The position numbers and the translations under genes were made by a program. This document shows, piece by piece, positions 1-11,399 of a DNA stretch of 64,000 nt. Positions within the stretch are counted from its first letter, which is position 1; each line of letters opens with the position of its first letter. The notes below the pieces were generated by a model that searched no databases, was not told the origin of the DNA, and saw only the letters and a list, made by a program, of their open reading frames with translations. Source of the DNA: Camelus ferus. Lineage: Eukaryota. The DNA lies in assembly GCF_009834535.1 (NCBI RefSeq), contig NC_045698.1, positions 14,634,001 to 14,698,000 on the forward strand. The letters run 5' to 3'.

Positions 1-109
1 GATGGTCCTTAGATATGGTTAATCAGTATAATAATAGTTCTACCAAACTATTGAAAAATGCTGGCAATAGACTATGAAAAGTGACTTGTTCATTTCTTAC
101 AAGTATATT

Positions 110-520
110 TGTAAGAGCCCGGACTCAGCACAAAACAGATGTCATACTCAAATTAGAATAAGTTGAGAAAAGTTTAATAAAAGAGCTATTTACAAAAGTG
201 TGGGACAGGGAGGGGTAGTATCCTGAAAGTAATTTTAGAAGAGCTTTTACCATCTTAACTCCAAAGAACAGGAGGAATAGTTATCAGAGACCAGAAGAGC
301 GATGTGGATGTAGAGATGGCTGCTTTGAGAGGAGCAGGGGCTTTTTGTCACCAGACACAGCAGGCTTGTGTGGTCCTGGATGGGAAAGAACCCAGCTAAT
401 AAACATGTCTACCTCATTCTCCTCCTTCCTCGTGACCTGTTGGAGCTCCCTTTGGGCTCCAACCCAATCTGAAACAAATGTAAGGGTTCCTATCCAGTCA
501 TCAATACAGAACACCCTCCA
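110..520 (-). mobile_element. Ancient ERVL/MaLR-type solo LTR fragment
   Basis: 'aaacagatgtcatactcaaattagaataagttgagaaaagtttaataaaagagctatttacaaaagtgtggg' resembles the reverse-strand end of old eutherian ERVL-class LTRs. Boundaries approximate; subfamily not assigned. Confidence 0.5.
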
Positions 521-1877
521 AGGGCAGAGAGGAGAGAGGGACAAACATGAACGGTGCAAACTACAAGTCACCAAGACAAAGCAGCTGTTCAAACTCTATC
601 CGCTTGCTTTCCTTACCACTTCATCCACATCACTGTGACTAGGTTTTCCTCTTTCTGACACCAGAATCTGATATTTGGACAAATCCGGACTAATTTGTCA
701 AAAGATGTGGAGAAATATAAGGAATGGCCTGATGTAAAATGCTGAATATGAGATACACATACAATTCATGTTGGGGTGACTTAGACCACTGTAAATACAG
801 TCACCCCCAGAAGAGCTGAATTAAAATGTATAGTGAGGGCTGTAGGTGATTGCTGTGCCAGGCAGAAGTTCCAATCACATTAACACATCGTGTGCCAAAG
901 AGCAAGCTAGAAACCAAGCAACGAAGACCACCTCACATATAAGAACCAAATTAAAATTTTCAAGAACAAATAATCTTCATGGTAGACTGTGACAAACGCC
1001 TTTTTAGTAAAACGAGGTGGGCTCTTCTAGCATGCTTATGACCTTTTTTATAGGTTATCACCATTCATATTAGTACAAATGTAAAGTCTCAGAGAAATAA
1101 AACTGGCAGAAAAATCTAAAATTCAACAATTCTATCAAGAGGAAAAATAGTATATGTGGAAGTTTAGTAATGAATCACATATCTATAATTTCTTAAATTA
1201 TTTAAGAGACTGGAAATATATATATCAAAATTTCAGGAAACTCACTTTAAACACGTGTGAAAAGGCATCAATATATTATTTTACCATTATAATATCTGTG
1301 TACCTGCATATACCAAACTGAATGTCTAATGAAGTACGCAGCTGCTAAGACTTTTCTCCAGTAGAGAAGGCAATAAAGGGAAATACAATTTTTATTATGA
1401 ATTAGAGGAGGTTCCTTCATGAGAGAACTGAGTTTTCATGAACACCGAGTTGACATTTACAAAATTGATATTGCTTGACATTTAGACGAGTTCTACAGAA
1501 TTATGTGTACGTGTTCTAACATTATGCAAATTCAAATACATTTGTAATGTTTAAAGCACTTTAAATAATATCATTGTTGCAAGAGACTGAGAACAAGTCT
1601 AGTTTTAAGTATAAGTAGATTTCAGACTTGAACAATGAAACAATGACATCTGATTCAGAAGTGGGATCTCAAAGCAAAATAGATCAAAAAGTCAAGCTAT
1701 CAGAATAGTGTTACATGCTATTATTTTATAAAACAATACTTTAAGGTTTTGACTTGCAGGTAGAAGACAAGATACCACGTTAAAAAGAGGACAAATTTCA
1801 GGTTGAGCCATATAAAATTGCTGATATCCAAACATCTTAACTTGCAAAGGAGACAAATATCAAACGATACAAAATGA

Positions 1878-2115
1878 TAGAGCTATTCATTGAGTGCTTT
1901 CTATGTGCCAAGCACTGTTCTCAGACCTTTACGTGTTTCCATTCAGTGCTCCCCAAATTCCAGAAGGCTGGTACTAATAGTGTCTGCATTTTACAGATGA
2001 GAAAATGAAAACAAAGAAATTAAATAACTCACCAGGGCTACACCGGTAGTTAATGACCATGGTTGTACCTGCAGCCAGCCAGTGTGGATGCACAGCTGTG
2101 CTTTCAACCATTATG
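1878..2115 (-). mobile_element. MIR SINE
   Basis: 'cattgagtgctttctatgtgccaagcactgttct...cattttacagatgagaaaatgaaa' is the reverse complement of the MIR core and tail. Confidence 0.85.
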
Positions 2116-2229
2116 TCATTCTGTTTCAAACGATGGAGTGTGGGCTGGACATGGACTTGTTTAAACATCACTGGTTTATGGCGTGTTCTGCTCTGAAGTG
2201 CTGTTCTTGCCCTTTGGTGAGAGTTTGAG

Positions 2230-2560
2230 GGATCTCCAAAACTAAGAGTGTGATAGCAAGCCAGTAGTTTACCAGTTTAATCTACAAGCAGTGCCTTAAG
2301 ATTATTAATTCAGAGGCAGTGTGAATGAAAGACAATGGTGGACAAAAGACTGGAGGCCAAAATATTGGTTAACGATTGTTAGGAAATGTAGGCTCTGCCT
2401 GGCACAGTGACAATGGGAACTAGGAAGGGAGTATACAGAGAAAACATTGCAAAAAAGAACATACAGCTACTGACTGGATATAACAGGAAAAGAAAGAAAG
2501 CAAAGAATTGCTCATCTTCTCATCCCAGTTAACTTAGAAAATTACCTTAAAATTGTTATA
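2230..2560 (-). mobile_element. L2 LINE fragment (degraded)
   Basis: Purine-rich stretch ('gactggaggcc...gtgacaatgggaactaggaaggg...tgactggatata') typical of antisense L2. Confidence 0.45.
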
Positions 2561-4604
2561 AATAGAAAACAAAGACATATTGAAGACAATCTTCAAATTG
2601 AGATTACAAGAAAAAATCATAAGTGTTTTATATGCTAACATACCCTTTGGTAGTTTAAGTTTTTTTTTTTTTAGGCAACGAAATAACATAAATATATATT
2701 TAGTAAGTGTTTAATAAATGGTCACTTCTATTATTATTTTATGAAAGGTTATAAATTCCTTCCAGAAGATGAATATGAATATTTAAAATCTGAATAAGTG
2801 TCAGCATTATTACTCTCCATTCTACTAAACTTCTATTTCAAAGAAAATATATTTTTGGAAATATTTAATTTTGAGTTTTACAAGAAATTCCTCTTCAGTA
2901 TTTGGGAGAGAGAAAGTTTAAATACTAATAGTTTGTTCTCAAGATTGTTAAATAATATTATAACACATTTCTCCCAAAATATTAAAATAAATCTTCTCAG
3001 TTTTGCACATCTAAAAGTAAACTGTGGCTACATTTTACTTTCAGAATGATGCCTATATTCACATAAATATGCATGTGTATATATGTGTTTATGCAAAACA
3101 TTTGAGGGCCTCTATATTGTTCCTACTGGTGATTTATTTCAGAAAATTCAATTTGCTAAAAGTGAGTGTATACCATTGAGCACATGCCTGCAATGATACT
3201 CAAATAAAAGAAACAAAACACACAATAACAAGGACTTCGTCACATTCATGCACACGTTTTTCAAGGCCGGCGCAGTGTCTCACGATTGAAGGTATTGACA
3301 AATGCTTCTAGGGGAAAAAAAAGGAGGGGAACATAGTTGATCCATAGGATAAATTTGCTCAAGATAGGCCTTCACTCTCCTGAGCGAGTTTTCCGTACTG
3401 AAGATTTCTTAGGAGCTGTACCTTTGTTTCCATTTTCACTGCTACCTTCCACAACAACAGGAAACAGAGTTCCTTAAAAGTAAGTACTTGTAATACCATA
3501 TTACACAACAGGATCTGCAGATCTCCTCTCTTTTTCCCTCTGGAGGAGGGAACTGTCTGCACTTGAGGGAGGAAGAGAAATAAATCAGGCTTGTGAGAGC
3601 CTGAAATTCCCTGAGCTACACTTCTTGAGTGGAGAGGGTTCTCCATCCCTCCGCCATGACTTGGTCTCATCTTCTTTCCCTTTATTTCATATGGGCAGCA
3701 ACCCCAGTGCCCTGTCCTCAGCTTCCTGCCTTTATTGATCTGTACATACATGTATGGTTGGGTCCTGGGCAGGACTGGACTTTCTCATTCACTCTCGGTG
3801 TCAATAGTTGGTGACTGCAGAAGTTGACGTGAGGGTTGTGAAATGCAACCCTGCAGTATTCCACTAAGGGGTGATTGATGGGCAAAATACAGGAATAAGA
3901 GAGTTACTTTGTCACTAGTTCTAAGACATGTTATCAAATTGGTAATTCTTAACTAAGAATTCTCAACATCAAGGGTTTGGGGCCCTTTCTAGCAGTTAAA
4001 TATTCTGAGACTTCAGGTAAGTGCATTTTGGGTATATTCTCTCCTTCACTTGTATCTCAGAAGGGAGAAGAAGACAACCTCAGTCTTCCCTCATCACCCA
4101 GGACCCTGGTCCTTTAAAACGAACCAATGTATTGTTCTCTAAAATATTAATCTTGAATACAAAGACTACGATGTGGAATAAAACGTAGTATGTGGAGAGA
4201 CCAAGGCACTGTGCTAACTTGGCACATGGGCCTGGTGGAGGCCAACATTTACGTTTCACGTGACTTTGTAGGCAGATGATACTCTTTGATTATATGGGAA
4301 AAACAGATTTTGATTATAGCCAGGTTTCATTCTAAATAGGAAGACCTGTATTTGATATTTTAGACACACATGATTGAAAGTTTCATTAGGTAGGGAAAAG
4401 AGAGAGAGGATTGTGCTAGGCTATTAACCGTATTACATAATTATTCATTCTATGTATACCTTTATGCTCAGTCCTCTGATTTCATTTTTGAGATTGAAAT
4501 TGTGGCTTTTGGAATCCCAAAGAAAGTCTTTTCTTTGTCAACAAAATTCAGCATTTGCAAATCAATTAACCCTGGCTTTTGAAGTATTTCCCGAGAGTGG
4601 ATAA

Positions 4605-5280
4605 AATAATAACAATTATAATGATAGTTACAGTTTTTGTGAATGTTTACTATGTACCTGTCACTGTTCAAGGGTTTTGCTTGCATTAATCAATCATCAG
4701 TCTAATGTTACGCAGTATACGTTATTATAATCCTATTGGTTTGCAACCCTGAGTTTCCCAGATGAAAACTGAAACTGACCCTCACACCGAGCAGGCAAGG
4801 AGAGACCTAGAAAGAGGTAGACCACTCCAGGCTGGCATGTGGCGTGTTTAATAAGTAAGGGAACTTATGTAACAAGTTTGTCTTGGGTGGCTGAAAGACA
4901 CGTAGATCTCTGGCCCTACCCACCAGAATCTTAACGTTCATGTAGAGGTCTTCACTGGGCTCAGTCTCTATCAAGATGGTCTCAACAACACCTTACTATC
5001 TCAAGGCCAGGCCCTTGGAACAGCTCCCATCGTGAGGCCAGTGGGCAAAGCATATATTCTAAGGACGTGGAAGGGGCGAGGAGCCTCTGACTTCCCACAG
5101 CCACCTCACGAGTCAGCTGGTGGTCACATCCTCCCAATGACCTCCTCCAACAAAGCCATGTTGCGCTGATGAGAAAACTGAGACAGAGGAGGAAAAAGTG
5201 ATTGTACAAGGAAAAGGATGTCGACAAGATTTGAACTAAGTGTTCTGGTTCCACATCAGTTTTTCTTAAGACTATGACTA
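4605..5280 (-). mobile_element. MIR SINE split by an LTR insertion (arms ~4605-4733 and ~5153-5280)
   Basis: 'gaatgtttactatgtacctgtcactgtt...ttattataatcc' resumes after the LTR as 'atgttgcgctgatgagaaaactgagacagag', which is MIR core. Confidence 0.75.
4734..5152 (-). mobile_element. ERV solo LTR (~420 bp)
   Basis: Ends tattgg...ccaaca (degenerate TG...CA inverted ends). Flanked by aatcc (4729-4733) and aagcc (5153-5157). Minus-strand ATTAAA near 4850. Interrupts a MIR. Confidence 0.8.
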
Positions 5281-5959
5281 CATTGTTTCTGCCCAAAACT
5301 CCATTTTGAAACTGAAGGATGCTCTCATTTGTATTTCCAAAAGATCATCTTACCATGGTGTCACAAGCTCCAGAGTAAAATGACTAGGGTAGGCATGGTG
5401 TTTAAAACACAGCAGAGTTAAAAACTCCTTGGTTTAACATGTCTAAAATTGTCTGCGTTAACTGATATTTACCAGAAAAACTGTTCATCAGGTTGCATCC
5501 TGATTTAGTCTTGTGCATTTGTGCACACGACAGACAAAGCAACGGCCACTTTGTAGGTCATGAGATTAAACTGTAGAAAACACTGTATAGCAAACAAACA
5601 AAACTCAAACAGAGCTTAGATTGATTACTTGAGACTTTTGTAATTATAGGGAAAGAAAATGCATTATATGTAACCAGCAGTTTAATGATTAGAGAAGGTT
5701 CATTCACATTTGGGACATTTTTTTTCCTCGGTTGGTGGCACTATACATTTAAACTTATGTTTGTTTATTTGCCTGCTTCTGTGATGTGATTCTGTCTGAA
5801 TGTAGACTTTGTGGAGATCAGGCTAGGATTAGTAAAATAATATTATAAGAGTCAACTGGCAAGGCACGAATGCATAATCAAAGGTGTAGGATTTTAACTC
5901 TGAAAGTTAGTTAGAACTTTAGTAATGAGAAATGCCATCTATTTGGTCTAATCAGACCT

Positions 5960-6272
5960 CAGATTTGATTGGCTTTTCTGCGCTAGGTGTTCTCTCCCCT
6001 TCAATAGTGAGACTAGGTGCACAGCCCTGGGCCTGCAGCTGTTTTCCTGTTACATAATGAAGACCATCCAGAAGACAGGCTGGTAGGGAGGTGAGAACAA
6101 ACATCAGCAAAATTAGAGAAGGCAAAATTCTGATTGCATCATAAACCTCTGGAACAAAGACCATGCCCCTTTTCTGAACTTTTTGGATGTATAAGAATTC
6201 GTCATTTCTTTGCTCTCTTGAATCCAGTTCAAGTTGTGTTTCCCTTAATTTACCAGACACATCCTAACTTAT
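5960..6272 (+). mobile_element. Old MLT1-family (MaLR) LTR fragment
   Basis: 3' end 'ccagttcaagttgtgtttcc...cagacacatcctaacttat' resembles the ends of old MLT1 (J/K/L-like) LTRs. Confidence 0.5.
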
Positions 6273-6699
6273 GAGCCTGAAACAGAAGAACCTCAAGTTT
6301 CTGAGCAAATAGTAGTATCAAATAGTTCAAGTTGATACTGACAAACCAAAAGAAAAAGAGCCAGAGCCAAATCTGCAGGAATATAAATAGATTGGCTTGA
6401 GCCTTCTCTGTGATCCCATTGCCGCAGTGCACATTAAATGTATCTGCAGATGTACAGTGGTGGCCTGTGAACAAGGAAGTGCATGTGAATGGGGAGCTAG
6501 TGTGCTAGTGCACATGAGTGCGATGTGATCAGCCTGGGAAGGTGACGGCATGATAATGTGCTCCTTTGAAATTGTCAGGCTCTCTCCACTGAGGATTTCT
6601 ACCAAACCATCTTCTCCATCATGCTGTTTTATTTTTTAAGTGATAAACCAGGATGCAAAGGGAATAAGTGTGGACACTGGGAAAAGAATGGAAAAATGA

Positions 6700-7440
6700 A
6701 GCAGATGAAAAAGGCGTAACGGAAGCTCAGTCATTCAGAGAGCAGATAATACACAAGTATGAGGATGACGGTGATATCTTGCACTTAAAGTGCTTGTGGG
6801 ACATCCATGTGCCAAATTCTGATAGAGAGTAGTAAGCTTGTCTTCTGAACCCAGGTTAGAGGAAACGTATTTAACAATCATCAGCGTTGGAATGACTACT
6901 GAACCAAGATGAAGGATGGAGAACGCCAGTGGAGAGTGAGCAGGGTGGAGAGGAGGGGCATGCTGGAAATGAAACCTTGGAAGATAACTATATTGAACTG
7001 TGGATGAACGAGTGAACCCTGTAAGGAGAATGAAGGCAAAAGAGAGAAAAAGAAGGAAGAAAAGTGAGTGAAACAAAAGTCAGCTGTCAAATAGTACAGA
7101 ATATATAAGTAAAGTGAGAAGGGAAGACATGTTCGTTAATGAGTTGGGTCTTGGTGAACATTTGAGAGCCGCTGCAGTAGAATGATAAATGAGTAGTTCA
7201 ATCCTAGATGTGCAAATAACATGGGGAGAATAGACCAAAAAGGTCAGAGGCAATGAGCACAACTGTGCTTTCCAGAAGTGTGTGAGCGGTAAGATGGCAT
7301 GAGCTAGTCCAGACGGTCTAAATACTACACTATGTTTCACAGAGATGAGTTAAACCCAGTGGTGAAGCTTACAGGTCTAAAAGGAAAAAACTAATGAAGG
7401 GAAATTGGAAGACCAAATGAAGGAGGGGGGGATCAGTACA
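6700..7440 (-). mobile_element. L2 LINE fragment
   Basis: 'aagtgcttgtgggacatccatgtg', 'aatcatcagcgttggaatgactactgaacc' and 'cagctgtcaaatagtacaga' match antisense L2 ORF2 region motifs. Confidence 0.7.
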
Positions 7441-9498
7441 TTCCAGAGGTTGCAGAAGAATTCAGAAGGAGGCAACAGCACCCACTGATCACAATAATAG
7501 CATAATCAACATCAAAAATGACATCTTAAACAAACACCACGAACAACTACAAAAATTCTCTTAGGTTCCCTTTTCTTTCTTTTATTGAAGACTGCAAATG
7601 TGGGTAATAATGCAACAATACTGTATTCTAGCATACTGTCTAGGCACAGACCTCTGCTGTGAAAGAAAGACACTGAACTGAAATTTAAAACGTGACATTT
7701 TCAAGTTACATTATTGAATTTTGTGTTAACACCTATCTTAAATATGTATAAAGAAATTTTAAAAATCATACTACTGATGAGTGTGGTTTTTAGAAATAGT
7801 TCTATAGACTCTTACAACTAAATGAAATAGTTGAAGGGCTATTTCATTAAATTTATTTTAATAAACATTTTAATACTGTTCTAATATGCCAAATCATGGA
7901 TTTTGTTACTTCTAACCAATCTGAGTAAACACAGTGTTGATATTCTGATCATAATTATTTTTCTCTGAGGGACTATTATAAAGTCTGAATGTCTTGAATT
8001 AAATTTTAGTTCCAATTTTGCATTAACGTAAATTCAAATACAGCCTTAACAACTCTCTAATACAATGAAATTCCGAATACGGTGTACTTGAGGAATTAAA
8101 GCCTGAAGCAATAATTTCAAATATCAATTGTTAATTAAGGTGGCAGCCTGTGCAGACCAGTAAATTTCCTATTTTATTATGCACCTTTAATTTTAAGTCT
8201 GGGATTGTGGTTCCACATCTGCTCATAAAGATACAAGAAAGCAGTGGTTCCCAACACGTTTGCAGGGGTGTAAAATCACTGCCCTTGAGAGGTCTGATTT
8301 CCTGGTTTCTAATACGTGTCTGTATTGATCGTCCTGAAGGGAAGGCCGCTTTCCCATTTTCTAATCATGCTTAGAAATCTATAAACATTTAAAAATCTTC
8401 TAAATTAGGCACCATTGGCTTCTCTGCCATTTTCATTTTCAGTGACTAATGAATGTCAAGAACAGGGAAATCATTCCCAAGTAATTACTGAAAGTAAACT
8501 GGTTTATTCGGCCATGACTTATAACACAGGAACACAGGGTGCAGTATGTGATTTCTCTCGTTGTATGAGATGGGGAAGTTCTTCATCAGAAAGTCAATAA
8601 GATCGTGCACACTTGTAGTGCTATTAGAAACTGAGTTCACTATCGCTATATAAACTATGTATTAGGTGTCATTAAATTGCTTCTCAGATAATGTTTATAT
8701 CCAACAAATTATTTTCCATAGTTTTAAATAAACACACATGGGAAAAGGATGAATAATGACATCACACTTCAGAATTTCATCGTTCCCCCAGTCACTAAAA
8801 CTGTCTCTGTATTAAGCTCTTAGTAGAGTTATGCACAGGCGCTCCGACTGCTACAAGTCGTCTTTTCACTGCCAGGAGCAACGCATCATCAGGGACTCTA
8901 ACCTTAGTGGAACTCTTTCCTTGGTTACATCCCATGTGAGGCATGGGGTCTGAGTTTTTAGGGGAATGTGAATCTTTCTTCAGCTCTTTCGTCATGTTTG
9001 TTCTCGCAGATCATGAACCAGGCTTCTCATTTTAGCAAATTTCAAATCTTACTGGTAAATTGGGAAAGAGGAATGTGTTCTACTTTCCTCTCGTAAAATA
9101 ATAAGTAAATATCTTAATACATATTCTCAAACTAAAATAAAAGTAAATAAAAGTAATATTGCTTTGTTGCAAAAAAAAAAAAAGAAAGACAGGGATAATA
9201 TGAAATGGATAATATAACAATTAAAGATAGCCTGGACATGTTTCATGGACTCAAAAATATACAAAATTGATTGATGTTTATCAAAATAAGTGAAAACAGA
9301 ATTAGCTTACCTAACGATTATTTGATTAAAGTTTTATATAATCAATCTGGATATTGTGCATAATGCAATAGTGACCACCAACATTTTTCCATCTCTAATT
9401 CTAAAGGCCCTCTTCAACATACAAGTATTTATAATCTACTATGATGTTTAAATGTCAAGAATGGCATAAACGGCTGCCTCTACTTAAGATATAACAAG

Positions 9499-10365
9499 AA
9501 TCAAAATTGGAACCGAAGAAGTAAAACTGTCACTGTTGGCAGATGACATGATAGTCTACATAGAAAACCCTAAAGAAGTGGCCAGAAAACTACTTGAGCT
9601 CGTCAAGTAATTTGGTACAGTTGTAGGATACAAGATTAACATACAGAAATCAGTTGCATTTCTATACACTAACAACAGAATAGCAAAAAAAGAAATTAAG
9701 GAAACAACAGCATTTACCATCTCACCAAAAAGAATAAAACACCTAGGAAAAAGCCTATCCAAGGAGGCAAAGGACCTGTACTCCAAAAACTGCAAGACAC
9801 TTGTGAAAGAAATTGAAGATGACACAAACAAATGGAAAGATACACCGTGTTCTTGGATTGGAAGATTCAATATTGTTAAAACGGCCATATGACCCAAGGC
9901 CACATACAGATGCAGTGCAATCCCTATCAAATTACCAACAACATTTTTCTCAGAACTGGAACAAGTACTGTACGATGCCAGTTACATGTGGAATCTAAAA
10001 AAAGCCAAACTCATAAAAACAGAGTGTAAAACTGTAGTCACCAGGGCATGGGGGTTGGGCGAATGGGACAGACATTGTTTAAAGATACAAACTTGTGACA
10101 AGCAGGAAATAATCCCTAGAGATCTAATGCACAACATAGTGAATACAGACAACAAATTGTATTGCAGTCATCAACCTTGCTGAGAAACCAGAACTTATTC
10201 TAATCACTAAATGAAAGGATAATTACATAACATAAGAGAGATACTAATTATTGCTATAATGGCAATCATATTATAATATATAAATTCATCAAATGTACAT
10301 GTTATATGCCTTAAATTTATACAATGTTATATGATTAAAATATTTCATTAAAAATAAATAAATAA
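9499..10365 (+). mobile_element. L1 LINE: ORF2 RT fragment joined directly to the 3' end (internally deleted)
   Basis: From 9500 the frame reads [25 protein letters not shown]...[17 protein letters not shown]...[17 protein letters not shown]...FFSELEQ, with stops at 9608 and 9890. It jumps at ~9964 to 3'UTR-type sequence ('catgtggaatctaaaaaaagccaaactcata') that ends in an A-rich tail. Confidence 0.95.
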
Positions 10366-11399
10366 GTAACAGCAAGACAATAAAGATACCAATTATCTTG
10401 AATCTGTTGGCATCTCCGTTTCACGTTTTGCTAAATTTCACTCCTTTAGAATAATTTCCATTTGATAAACATCTACATTTTTTCAGTGTCTCTTCTTTTT
10501 CTCGAAAGCTTTTTTCTCTATTACCCAGTAACAACTGGTCAATTTTCTCCCCTGAAAATTATTTCCTGACATGAATGTAATTTAGAACCCCTGTGAAAGC
10601 ATGATTTTATAAGATAATGGTTCTCTAAACTTAGACTGATCAAATATGTCACAGGTAGATGAGTAACCACTCAGACTGTTGAACTTACTGTGCTGACATA
10701 GCAAAGGAGTTGGTTACGTGGCTGCGAAAAGTAGGGCCCCACTCAGAAGAAACTAAAACTGGTAAATGATACAAGTCAGGATGATAAAAATCAAAGGTGT
10801 TCATTTAAAATGTATTCATCCATATGTATTAAAATTTGTATTGCAACACTGGGCAAATAACTCGCAAGTGTTAGCAGATCAGTCAATCTAAAGAAGACAG
10901 AGTTATGTTCAAATGCTACCTGTATATTCCTTGGATAAAGGCAGCTCAACACCATCACTTTCTATCCTCTTTATAGCATAGTGTGTATCAGTAACGGTGG
11001 CAACAGCATGGCAGCAGGGAGCAAAAGACAATGATTTTTACCACCAAAGAAAACGGGAAAGATAGTAAATAGGAAGGTAGAGTGGTAGGAAAGATGGAAG
11101 AGCCCTTGCACGACGCCCAGTCTGAACCGTGCACTGTGAACAATCCACAGTGATCACGGGTCGCAGGCGCTGATGCTCTGTTGTATTTTTCTGGGAAAAC
11201 GCATTTATTCTATTCATTTTGTGTGTGTATTGACTTTTAAAAGGCATTCAATATTGTAAAGACTAAAACTAAAAAGATGCTATCACAAATAAAACATTTA
11301 ATTGAAGTAAAAATTAAGACTCTTATCTGCGCCTCTGCCCTTCCCAGTTCTCCAGAGGGCACTCCTATTAGATACACTTTTGCAAAAGCAAACTCTCAT

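Noticed and set aside
3851..3875. CTCF-like ccactaaggggtga
   Set aside because: Two mismatches at key core positions; too weak without data.
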